DNA of 64,000 nt from Ophelia neglecta. Its lineage: Eukaryota. The notes beneath the pieces are model-generated. The model saw only the letters and a list, made by a program, of their open reading frames with translations. It did no database searches and had not been told where the DNA came from. How positions within the stretch are numbered: the stretch's first letter is position 1; every line of letters starts with the position of its first letter. This document shows positions 52,401 to 64,000 of this stretch, one piece after another. Both the position numbers and the translations under genes were made by a program. The stretch lies in assembly GCA_965285935.1 (NCBI GenBank), contig OZ260661.1, positions 100,006,001 to 100,070,000 of the forward strand, read 5' to 3'.

Positions 52401-54040
52401 ACTTGGTTTACTTAATGGTATACATCAACAAGGCGGCAATTAAAGGCCACTTTCAACAGAATTTATAGAAAATAAATATTGTTCATTGCCTAAATGACAC
52501 AATATGGCCAAAAGGGTGAAATAAGCATGCAAGTAATTCATTCTTAAACAATTTGGGAGACGATACAACAAGGTGTGAAACTTTCTCCCACTTGAAACAC
52601 AATGAAGTAAATACTTCATTTTATCGGTAATTGCTACATATGAAATAAAATAAAAATAATCTGGCAAGCTCCAAGGCTGAGCAATTAAGCATGATGACGT
52701 CAAGTGTGGTTAATGGCTGACCACAATTTTTCTAAATTTGTCACCATAAAACTGCATTAAGTGACAATTAAGTATAAGAAACAAAACAAAGTATAATTAT
52801 ATGCACTTTTTGAGCTGAGGCAAATATACATTTTCTTCTATATTTCTATCTCACGTTCAACAGTTTCTCTAGGAACAAATACGCTTTTTGAAAAGTTGTA
52901 CTTGCATTTTTTTTAACGTTTGGCGTGGGATAGTTTGGAAAATTGTTCTTGTGCCTGGGGCCCCTACAGCAGGGTTCAGGGTAAGACGAGGTACTGAGCA
53001 TTTGACTCGTGGATTCGCAAGATGAAGTGTTTAAATAACCACGACTCTACATATCTGTATGAGTACTCAAACAAGCAAGTTTGCAAGAGCCGGTCATGAA
53101 AACACAATCTACAATCGCAACAAATATTAACTCTAATAACACACACAATTTGTGAACTACTTTGTATCTTTCTCGTGATGGGCACAATCAGAATTGTAAA
53201 TCTTTACATGACAAACTAACGCTAGTGTGCAGGAATTTGTCAGGTTGTGATCACCACAAATATGAGCGCCTTTACACAGACGGAGGAATTATTTAAACAT
53301 CTAGACTGAGCATATATTTGAGAGACGCAAATGTCGTCTGCTCAACAGATACAATATTATGGTCAGTGGGCAAAATGAATATTTACATCCAAGTTTATAC
53401 AAATTTGTTTCCTTCACAGAAGAATAGAACAAATTGCCTAATCTTCGAAAATATTTGTAGTTGCCTCTTGTTTAACGTGAGCACGGAACCTTTGGCTGTG
53501 ATATTGTCATTCTTTTCATGGCCGCATCAATCTCGGAGCTGATTATGGGCCTACGGTACATAGCAAAGCCCTGTATCTATATGCTAGACGGGAACATCTG
53601 GCCTTCAGCAGTGGCAATAAAAGTGTTATCAAATTATTAAACACAGACCTTAATGCCATTGTAAATTATTACAGAAGCACTGGCAAGGTTTGGCCAAGGC
53701 TTAGCCTTCGTCAGCTATACAATGACAATAGACAGAGGTAGATTACAATGTCTCTGATAAGACCCCTAATAATGGCCATCTGGTCTGAAGATGGGACAAA
53801 AGCAACTGATATTATATACAAACAGGTAAAACAATGACGGCGCTGCATATCTCAGCAACCTTCAAGGCGTGGCTGAATGGCACATCACTTAAAGTCTTAT
53901 GGGATTTGACAACATCAAACCATTCTCTACAGTGTCACCTAAGTTAGAGGTAATGATGGTCCTTTTGCGAACAAAACAAAATCTCAGACATAAAGATATG
54001 AAAATGATATATTTTCAGCAATAATCACAAGATAAAGTAG

Positions 54041-54290
54041 TTTATTCAGCTCTGTTTGCCAGTGACTGCGAGAATTGTGAGATGCCTGTTAGGTTGTGGC
54101 GGCCAGGTAGACAGGTCTATAGACACAGGGCTTACCTGGGTAAACTCTACTGTCCTGTAATAAAACCACCAGCCAGAGGAGGCAGGGTCCCGGGCATTAA
54201 AGCTCGTCCTAAACAGGGCCACTACCTCTCTACACCAGGGTCTGTCTGGCTGGTGGCCCTCACAGGTTCTCACTTCTCTAACTGCACCAT
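54041..54290 (-). mobile_element. Possible old SINE fragment (Deu/Nin-domain-like)
   Basis: GC-richer block. Minus strand has GGACGAGCTTTAATGCCCGGGACCC, loosely like the recalled Deu/Nin core (GGATGAGACGTTAAACCGAGGTCCC), and ends GAGCTGAATAAA. Recognised from memory only. Confidence 0.3.
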
Positions 54291-54469
54291 AGCTCTACTT
54301 TTAGGGAAAGAGCAAATCTATGCACAGTCCCTAACTCCAATGTGTGTTATTAAAAAAAGGACCAAAATATGACTGCCATTTGGTAATTAAAAAAGAGAAG
54401 ACGAGTTGTTTTTAAAATTGCCTTTCAGAAAGACAGATTATCATTCATGTAGCAGTATCTGGCCTATCT

Positions 54470-54780
54470 TGTCTATTTACATGGCCTTGTGCGGTGTGGA
54501 GGGGTCTTGTGGGGAGGGGATGGGCGGGCAAGGGGGGGGGGGGCTGGTAGTGTTACCTCATCTGACCAAGGCTTCACAACAGCTGCACACCAAGTCTCAG
54601 GTTGCTACAACTGAGCACACCTCAAGGAAAGACATGGGCACACTGATAATCAATAGCTGAACTGATCCCTTTTCCTATGACAAACAGTGATCAAATTCAC
54701 TGTGAACGACCAGGTTGTGATCGGGGAGACACAGAAAGGTGTTTGACACGGGACCCTTGTGGTCTTTACCTGTTATTAGA
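54470..54780 (-). mobile_element. Possible second old SINE-like fragment
   Basis: GC-richer block; minus strand GTAAAGACCACAAGGGTCCCGTGT resembles the same kind of core and is followed by a C-run. Confidence 0.25.
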
Positions 54781-55635
54781 CAGCTTTGGACCATACAAGC
54801 ATGTCAAACTATACTTGTTCTGCCTGACACCAACTATACCTTCAACCTTGTCATAGGAGAAAGAACATAAATGAGCACAGTTATTCTCTACTATATAGAT
54901 ATCTTCTTTAAAAAACCCTTTGGCATCTGATTACAAAAGTCATGTGTCACATATCAGTTAAACAGGATTCAATGGCTGTCATGCTGGCTAAAGTGTCCCT
55001 AAGAAATTCAATTTTAGATTATTTGGCCTTTTTCATAAAAAGATGTCATCTGAATCACCCAATTTTTCATAATACACATATACAATGACATAGACAGTAT
55101 CGTAAGTTGTAAAAGAACCATTGATATCAATTTCATTTATCAAATGATTAATATAATATAAAAATAATATAACCTGTATAATAAGATGTTTTATCAATTA
55201 ACATATGGTTAGTATCAATTATCATGAGACAGTATATAATGTAAAAGTTAAAAGTCTGTTACATATTTAAGTGATATGATACATAGGCAAGAGATCTAAA
55301 TCATTTGAGATAAATTACATTAATCTGTTTGTTATCGATAGCCTTCATATGAATACACCCATGTAAATATGACATTATTTTGTTAAATACACCCGCAGTA
55401 TTCGTCTGCTAGTACATGTAGTACCAATCCTTCAACAAACAACAATTCTCACTCTTGACGCAATGAATATCTTTCTTTCTGAGTTTATCTACCCATTTAA
55501 TCGTATATAACTACTTCAACATCCATCATATTTAAAAGCTTGATGCAGGCTCAGGTGACCTACTGACCTAGATAGACCTATCACACATCTGATTGGACGG
55601 CATCAGGAAACTAGTTCTCTATCTTCTCTTGGTTG

Positions 55636-55702
55636 TTAGTCATCTGACTTGGAGCCCAAGCCATTTATTTTCCGCCGGAGAACATTTACTAGTCTCTCCA
55701 AT
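55636..55702 (-). CDS. mipol1: MIPOL1 terminal coding exon
   Basis: Acceptor attatttttttcag; AA+A completes Lys, then LERLVNVLRRKINGLGSKSDD-TAA; compare recalled human LERLVDVLRKKVG. Confidence 0.9.
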
Positions 55703-58700
55703 CTGAAAAAAATAATTGGTTTCCATAATGAACAGTGCACACACATTTATTTTCTTAGAACATTCCGATATAATACTACTTCTTTTCTGAAAATCATTTT
55801 CAAGCATTTTATTCTAATCTTCATTGATAAATTAGTTTATTCTGCATTACATTTCAAAAGCTAATATTTGTTTCGTTTCTAGTTCCACATTTCCACATGA
55901 ATCTGAAGATACTTCAAGTAAAAATAATCACTATAATTTGTTTGCTTTTTAACTGCTTTCCTTGTATATGTTGATGATACCCACGTTTTATTACATCACA
56001 AATTATGGAATTGACAAAATAAAAGGGATTGTAAACAAATGACATGTACTGACCATGTCTGAAGCTGCTCAGATGTATCTGAGTTTGGCTAGTTTCAAAC
56101 AGCCACACAGCTAATTCTTAAACATATATATGGAGCAAACATTTAGGGCTGTTTGAAATCCCACATGTCAGAACTGTTGATACAGTTCTTGTACACCATG
56201 AGTGCATAATACAGAAGAAGGGGCACATTTAAATACAAGAGAAAGTGGTGGATGGTGAGAAACCCAACAGAATGAGCATGATGGAATCCTTAAAGGGAAA
56301 CTATAATTTAAAGTGTTTGAACAGTCTAAACTGAGTCTTGGGAATTCAGTACTTGGCATGACTTTAGGTTTCATGTCTGAGCAGGGAATCTCGTAATGAT
56401 GGGAAACTAAAACCCATTTATGACTATGACCAAAACCAGCCAATTTTCATCTTCAACATCTTGTGCATAAGGCTGGGGAGGCTGCATGGAAGGACGTTAA
56501 CTGTCTTGTGAAATCCTGCTTAGATTATGGCAATGGGTGGTTTGGAGGAACTGCGGATACCTTTCTGCAGAGGCTTCCGCATGAGCAGACCTGAGCTGCT
56601 AGGGGGATAAACAACACAACCTAATATGACCTGTTTTAAATAACTACATTGGCATCCTGCAGAGGCTAAGATTCAGTACAAGGTTATCCTAACGACTTTC
56701 AAGTGAAAAAATTGACTCTCACCAGCGTATCTGGCAGATCTAATTCATTTATTTCAAAAAGCCTGCTGTTTTGAATGGCATTCTATCTAGACAAACATGA
56801 CTGGTAGCAGTCAGACTTCATTCATTAGCTTCTTAGATCTTTTGCTAGAGATTCAGTGATAAATTTGTTAGAATTATTGAAACTAGATGTATGATTTAAG
56901 TATATCCTGTTTTTTTTTGTACAGGCTACTGTTTTTGAACATTTAAGTATATTGTGGTCTATACAAGTTGTAAAATAATAATAAACTTTAATATCAATGA
57001 AATCCCCTGAATAAGTATTGCTTTCCTCTACCTATACTTTTTAATACCACACTACAAATAGATTTCTCAAGCAGCCTCATACTAATCTGAATTCACAGCA
57101 GTTTACTTTTTGCATATATGATCATGCCTTCGGCATGCATCAAACATCAGCCAACAGTTCCTAGAATACCAATGAGGGTATGACACCAAAAATTATCATA
57201 CAATCTGAACTAGGAGTATAGCTGACACAATAGGGAGAGCAAAACAAATACTTAAAGTCGGTGTAACAAAATCACCTGGCATTTCAGTTTTTATATTATA
57301 TTCCCCTGAGCTTCTATCCCCAACATTGAAGCAATCACTTAGAAAGATGACTTGTCATCTCATTAAGTTAACTAGATTATTGGGATTCAACTGAGAGGAT
57401 CTCCTTAGTGTCAAGAGGATTTGGTCATCTTCAAATGTTAATTTCCACATGTAAGCTGCATTTCAATTTCAGCAAATATTGACACATACAAAATATATGT
57501 AAATGCTCTGATTTGGTAGGGTGACAACCTGGTGTGGACTGTACACACTGGCATTGCCTAGGAAACTACAAGAGGCTACTTCACAGTACTTCTTTTTCTG
57601 AACTCTCCCTTGGGACCAATGCATATTAAATAAGAGGCATAAGGAAAAAGACTTGATCGAAAATAAGAAGTAAATATTTGGTTTAGTTAAATTATCAACA
57701 TCTAGCATTTTTTTACTTTTGTTATTAGAAGAGAGTGACTGATCAGTTTGCGTCGATGTCCTGACACGTTTCCGGCGAGGGACATATTTTATGCAAGGAC
57801 TGAAGTACGATAAGGCAGCATCTGTGTGGAGGCAGTAATAGATACCGACATCTACCCATGGATCTGATACATCCATGTCAGTGACAATACTCAAGTCAAG
57901 AAGGGATGAAGCAATCGATGTGCAGGCGTGGCAACAGCCCTGCCGACAGAGTCGTTTGATCTGAAACAATGCTTGATCACAAGGTCTAAGCCATCGATCG
58001 AAAGGAGACCCTTTTGTGCTTTCCGCCAAAGTCATGCCTTGACCACATGTTGAAGGAGAAGAAGAAAGCATGTTTGAACAAAAGAAACGAGGCCGAATGT
58101 TTGCTCACGGGAGCATCTGTTAGATGAAAGATCACATGTAAAACTGTACAAAACTATAGTCCAAAGCATGGCCAGCCACGATAGAGGGGCCGCTGGTGAA
58201 TTAATTGGTTTGAAATATTTGCAAATTTAGGTGCCGAGCATGTTTGCCATTGACCTGGCTTGTTTGAATAGTTATGAATATATAAACTAACACACAGCCA
58301 CCGCCAACACCATCTCCTAATTGGCAAATACGGTTGTATTCTTTTTGTCTGAGCTTTGAAAAACCATCACACTATAGTGAAACATCCTAATTTAACATCA
58401 ATGCATTTAATGTGCATAAAGATACTGAGTTTGCCCAAAGAACAAAGAATGTTTTTCCTTGCCATCCACTCTTTACACTGGTATTGTTAGTTTGGGTACA
58501 GTCAATAAATTATCAGAATTCACCCATTAATCACCATCGGTCAAAAAATACCACAAGGAAAAAATCACCTTATTGACCACCCTTATTTGTCTTTCATTAA
58601 TTGCAACCATGAGAAGACATATTTACTCTAATTCCAATAGTATTAGATAGAGAAAAAACCAAAGTTAGATATATATCGACTGGTTCACCGCCAAAGTTCA

Positions 58701-58866
58701 ACCCAGCTTCATATCTATGTATGCCAATTTATTTCCATTCACATGTATAAACTTTAGGTTTAGCCATCACAGTATTAATTTACTTGTGGGTATTGGTAAT
58801 AAACTTCTAACATTCCACAACCAGGACCACAGGTAACCTGTTTAGCTACTTATGGATAGTCTGTCA

Positions 58867-58880
58867 GTTGCCATGGTAAC
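58867..58880. promoter_or_regulatory. RFX X-box in the last MIPOL1 intron
   Basis: GTTGCCATGGTAAC, one mismatch from the perfect palindromic X-box GTTGCCATGGCAAC. Confidence 0.6.
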
Positions 58881-58928
58881 TGTACTTGTTATGCTACATA
58901 GTATGTACTTATTATGCTACATAGTATG
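58881..58928 (+). repeat. 23-bp tandem duplication abutting the X-box
   Basis: tgtacttgttatgctacatagta / tgtacttattatgctacatagta (1 mismatch). Confidence 0.85.
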
Positions 58929-59043
58929 ACATCATAAACGCCAAGATAACATATTGTCAACAAAAGTCGACACTGTTTTGGCGGAATTTGCAGTGGAATC
59001 TTAATATAAGTCCAAAAGGACAATATTCATAATAATTTCTTAC

Positions 59044-59274
59044 TTTTCACAATTGGCCTGTGCCTCTTTCTGTCCAAGCTGAGCCTTCTCCAGATCCTGC
59101 TGGACTTGCTCTTTTTCCGCGATAGCATTCTTCAGCTGGGCGACCAGTTGGTTGTTCTGTTTTTGGGCCATGTCCACGACAGTGTCACGCTGTTTTAGCT
59201 GGCCTTCGATGTTTTCTAGAGTGTTGTTGAACTGATCTCGTAGATTAGCCTCTTGTGATAACGATTTATGTAGG
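59044..59274 (-). CDS. mipol1: MIPOL1 penultimate coding exon (231 nt, phase 2 at both ends)
   Basis: Acceptor ttttattttcag and donor AA|gtaag. Reads (S)LHKSLSQEANLRDQFNNTLENIEGQLKQRDTVVDMAQKQNNQLVAQLKNAIAEKEQVQQDLEKAQLGQKEAQANCE(K); compare recalled human LHKSLSQEENLKDQFN. Phase-compatible with both neighbours. Confidence 0.92.
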
Positions 59275-61090
59275 CTGAAAATAAAAAGGCATAAATCATA
59301 TATTTTTATCTTTGTATCTGGATGAAAAGGAGGAGAAAAAATTACAATACAAAGATTTCCTAATAATTTCAATATCTTACTGAAATGCAAGCATGATAGG
59401 AGCAATTTCACACAACGTTTTATATCTAGCATGCCTTAATGTACATAGATAATCAGTGTTAAATATGTAGTATTTTCTTTGCATGTAAGTGCTCGGTAAC
59501 TAGTATAATTCTGATTCATGATTTATATAACAATATTGCTGGATGAATTTGAGGAAATGAGGCCATGATCAGCCAAGATGGATGACAGTTTCATAAGAGA
59601 CTGTCAAGAAGTTGGGTTTATTTTGTGGACTCAGAAATTGTGATGAGGCTATCTATGTAACAGCATTCTGAAGTCCATCAAACAGGAACATCCCCCGCCT
59701 GTTTACCAATCACTACACTAAATGAAGTGTGCAGGCAAGTTTTTAACTCATTCCCTGTATTTGAGCTGGGTAAATATTAATTTTGCTAGAACAAATCAAG
59801 CTGCAAATGGATGAAAATGGAGCGCTAGCCTCACAGAGGAGGCCGGAGGGGTGGATATTGCCGTTATTAGAGGGTTATTTGTCACTCTCAGTGTCTAATC
59901 TCACTGCAGACTCTCTCTCAAGTATCTGTTGTCATGGTTTCCGAAGGCCTGGACATCACTGTCTGCTCCAGCAAATGGTTTGCCAGGACTTCAACAGGAA
60001 GTTAACTAGAAATAAGAGCCCCATTTTACACTTTAGAATCCTGCAGTCATTTGAAGAATGATATTGTTATAGACTGCTGCATGTTGAGATATACATCCTG
60101 TGACAGTTAGCTTCCCTTTCAGGGCGAGGATGTCTGAACCATCATATTCATGAAAAGAAAAGAAAGAAATTTACCTAAGAATTTGATATTTCCTGTACAT
60201 GAAGAAGCTTGTTTACAGGTACAAACTGAAAGATGGTTTTAGAATGCTATTTATCTGAAAAGTTTGATCTTCAATGCAAAAAAACTCAAAGCCATGGTCA
60301 TGGTTTCCTGTATTAGGCAAAGATTCCACCATTGCTACAATCATTTACGCTTTCCAACTAAGGAAGAAACATGTCAGTTATCCCTCAAATATGAACCATA
60401 TACATGATGAGCAAACATACAAGACCGAAAAACCGTTTTTTTTTTCTGTGGAAAATTTGTGCAATCTGGATCATTCTTTTTGTCACAAACAGAAATGTAA
60501 ACTTGAACATGAAAGCGTTCAATGATACACTGTTGCTGTAAGAAGTGATGAACAAAGAACAGACTGCACAGTCAGAAATATGAATCCTGGGCAAATACTT
60601 GCTAATTGTAATTTGTCAGATTGAGGCTGGTCTCAAATGAACAGCTTTGGGTTGAAGAACCTTGAATTCCTATATCACCTCACAGAACTAAAAAACACCA
60701 AATCTTTTTATTCAAATTGGTTTTAAAAATGTGCCACCAAATTTGAACAAGGTGTTTAAAACAGCATGTTCCCCATTCATTATCAGCATAGGCAATATAT
60801 AGCTTGCAGACCACACATGAAGGAGTCAAGGGAAACAGTGACCTTGAAAATGGTCACACAAAAATATAAAGAACGAGTACATGAAATATTAAAAAAAAAA
60901 CAATGCCTAATCCCCTCAAGCCAGTATTCTATTGATTAAACCTAGAAAATTGATGAAAGTCCAACATCACCATCAGATTCACTGTAAATGATAGCTTATA
61001 TGCTCCCAATACTGTTCTAAGCTCTTCCTCAAATACAAAATTAATGAAAGCAAAAAACTGCACACACTCATATTTTCTTCTTTCATTTTG

Positions 61091-61104
61091 GTTGCTATGG
61101 TAAC
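61091..61104. promoter_or_regulatory. RFX X-box in the penultimate MIPOL1 intron
   Basis: GTTGCTATGGTAAC fits the consensus GTTGCYATGGYAAC. Confidence 0.6.
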
Positions 61105-62328
61105 AAAATAAAACAGAAAATCTCAAAAATGAAATTCTTTGATGCTTATGATTATCTAAAATCGTTAGTCCATGTCGATTTTACAACAGCTTTTCTCCTT
61201 CTGCAGGATTGATTTCACTACACCTGGAGTTGGTAATTTTATAACTTAAGTAGTACAGTTAGCTTAGTTTTAATAAAACAAATTTCCCAGATCTGATTGC
61301 TGCACGCATGAAGAAAAACGAGCCTGCCTGGATCAAAGGGTTTCTTAGTGTAGTTATACATTCAATGTAAGCCAGCAAACCACAGCTCTATACATATCCC
61401 CACACTCTTCCTTTGAAAAAGGTGGGAGAATACAATGGTAAATCCAATATCTGAGGTTTTTTGCATATAAAACAGGCCTATTTTTTAATATTTTATTTTG
61501 ATGAAAAATTCCAAGGTGAACAGTGATTAATAACTTAGCATGCTTCGGAGCCATGGCCACCAAGTCCAGGAGCACATGTTGTAAATGGAGGAAGAACAAA
61601 AGGTAGCATTAGCCAAGCTTTCCACCACCTTGGCGGCCTTAGATTTCGCCCATGGTGGCCCCCAGCACCCAGTCACTCGGTTCTGTGCAAACAGTCATTT
61701 CCATCAGAGACTGTCTCAATGTTCACTTTTCAATGGCAGATGGGTTAGTCATGATCAGACTGACGCAGCTTTTCTCCTTCACACAATATGTCAGGCACCG
61801 AATTTCAGGCCTCAATTTGTGACGCATGCAAACTTAGCCGATTGGCTCCCTGACAAGCGGGTGATTCGTTAGGTTTAGGCATGTAAGTCCTGCCGCATGA
61901 CAATTGCTTTTGAAACATGACTGCGCAAAGCTGGCAGGCTCAATTTTTCAAATGATTGTTCAATTACGAGCACAATTTACTTGGGTGGAACGGTGCAGAA
62001 TGGGATTGGGAATCTGATAAATAGTGAGCCCAAATGTAAATAGTACATATGTCAGGGAGTGTGCTACCGAGACTGGCTGAAAAGTTAGAATATCACAACA
62101 CTAAATGGCCAAATAAATTTCCAAACTGGCAATTATCATAATAACAAGATGAGCAGTATGCATATCTCACAGAACAATGAAGTATCCCTCGTGATTTGAA
62201 TAGTTAACACCTGCATCAGCTTACCAACAAGGAAAACATGCAATATCACTGCACTGGCTTTACTCGTCTATTGAAATTTGAAATATGTTCCAATTTAAAT
62301 AGAAATGCCATGTTTAATTGACTGTTAC

Positions 62329-62423
62329 CTGTAATAAACTCGAAGGGTTTGGAGTTCTTCCTCCAGCTTTCTGGTTTTTGTCAGGGCCATGTCTCTCTCT
62401 TGTTGGGTGGCCAGCAGCTTTGC
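62329..62423 (-). CDS. mipol1: MIPOL1 (mirror-image polydactyly 1)-like coiled-coil protein, third-last coding exon (95 nt); upstream exons apparently lie outside the window
   Basis: Acceptor ttttatgtttgcag and donor AG|gtaac. Translates AKLLATQQERDMALTKTRKLEEELQTLRVYY(S), matching my recollection of human MIPOL1 KLEEEIQTLRVYYS. Confidence 0.9.
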
Positions 62424-64000
62424 CTGCAAACATAAAATTGTAATAATTTTTTAAAACAAATATCAATACAATTGCCACTTATACTACTCTTGTTTATGAC
62501 TTATATATCAAGGTAGTCACAGAATTCTTCTAGCTGCATAGTGCTATCTTTTAAGTTAAGATATATTTTAAATCTATTACTTGTCAATTTATCTCTAACA
62601 TGAGCAAGCTATTCAGCAAATGTTTTATTCCTCATAGATAACTGTGTCAAGCATAATTGATCTGCCCATATTTGTAAATATGTATGTACATTGGAATTTA
62701 TTGTGAAAAATCATCACCATTGAATGCACTCCATGGGTAAATCCATAACTCAATATGTAGAAGATAAATCTCTTTATACTCAAACTTTGAACAGGAGTAA
62801 AATAGGTTTGCTTAAGTTGTGAGAGAGTTAACAAGTGAAAATCTTCGGTCAATACAATAATTTACCGATTCAACAAAATTCGACTGTGTTGCAAATACAA
62901 TACAGTGAGCAGTGATTTGCAGAAGCATCATGAAGTGTTTGAGGAAACTGACTAAATCGGCCAACTTTGGGAGACTTGGCTTGCATGCTTAGGAACTTAT
63001 CAATATGGACATAGTATAATTATCTTGGTGAGGCAAACAACTTCTTTTGCAGCAAAAAGCGCTAAACTTTCAGTGAAAAAGTGAGTTTTTTGTTTGTTGA
63101 AGCAGTGGGATCTGTTTAACCTAAAGTAATAGGCCCTAAACTGTCAGTAGTTGTGCAAACGCTTTATGAAAACATGCAAATTGTTGCCGTGTAATTCTCT
63201 TATTTTCCTATGGCATATATCCACTTTCACCTCTAATTCCGTGCTCAAATATTTCAGCAAAATGTTCAGCTTTGGCGTTGGATTTACAAGTTGGATAATA
63301 TTTGCCAATCTATTTATCTGTTCTGTGCAAACTTTGTTCTCATCAGCCCAATCACAATACATGGCAGTCTCTGTTTGACTGCAAGCTTTGATGTCATCTG
63401 TCTGATGGCTTTTCATACCAGAAAGTAGAAAGGATGAAAGACATGCCACAACAACTATGTGTGAAGATTTTAACAAGTTGAAGTGAAATCTTCTTTGATT
63501 AGGGCAATTAAACAATGATTGAAATGAAATATTTACACATTTAAAACAGAATAACACTATGATTGATCAATTGAAACTTCTGAGGTGTTAAAATTAATAC
63601 ATTTTTGTGTGTGTTGACAATGTAATGTGATGATAAGAACGTGGAAATGTGTGACTTGAGTTTTTTTTTTTTTTTAAATTCAGTAACTTACTCTCAGTAG
63701 TTTTGTTTCTTGATTCAACCTGGGCTGTATAAATTAAAAGACAAATCAAAAGTAATTGTCAATTCTTGTCCTAATATAATCAAATAAAAAACCATTAATA
63801 CTTAACTTAATTACCTTGTGACAAATTAATTGATTTTTTCACTATTTCTCTTCAATTTTTACTGAGTGACTCTTTTATAACAGTGGCGACCCTGAACTAC
63901 TTCCTCCGAAATGAACCGGACGGTCGATAATAAATCACTTTAATATTCCTCACGCACATACTAACAATAAGATACCTATGAATCAATCATGTTTTCTCTA

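Noticed and set aside
7000-55600. The many 60-150 aa ORFs in the desert (e.g. 17716-18108, 24678-25139, 32093-32464)
   Set aside because: No recognisable domains, biased compositions, many non-ATG starts, and no consistent exon chain; expected by chance.
1-64000. CRISPR arrays, tRNA/rRNA genes, transposase or reverse-transcriptase ORFs, prokaryotic operons
   Set aside because: No regular repeat-spacer array, cloverleaf, rRNA signature or catalytic motif seen; spliceosomal introns show the DNA is eukaryotic.

Overview
AT-rich animal (eukaryotic) genomic DNA, not prokaryotic. The FoxA termini look spiralian/lophotrochozoan-like, but that is an inference. Two genes are supported. (1) A complete two-exon FoxA/forkhead gene on + (CDS 4084-4756 + 5308-6086, 483 aa), with a phase-1 intron in the forkhead wing, a Q13 tract, an EH1 motif and a CCAAT/TATA/Inr core promoter. 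(2) The last three coding exons of a MIPOL1 orthologue on - (62329-62423, 59044-59274, 55636-55702), which the ORF track largely misses. The genes converge across a ~48 kb non-coding desert, the same FoxA-Mipol1 tail-to-tail arrangement as in the deuterostome pharyngeal gene cluster. Main observations: the FoxA stop is in the UGA-CUAG readthrough context, followed by LEEL-UAG, stem-loops and a further 94 open in-frame codons (candidate single or double readthrough); the palindrome TAGGCCTA occurs at least 36 times in the CpG-retaining part (5.1-49 kb) and was not found in the CpG-depleted MIPOL1 body; two near-perfect RFX X-boxes and two CpG-retaining pockets lie in MIPOL1 introns; several candidate enhancer or promoter motif clusters lie in the desert. 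All counts are by eye and no database searches were run.
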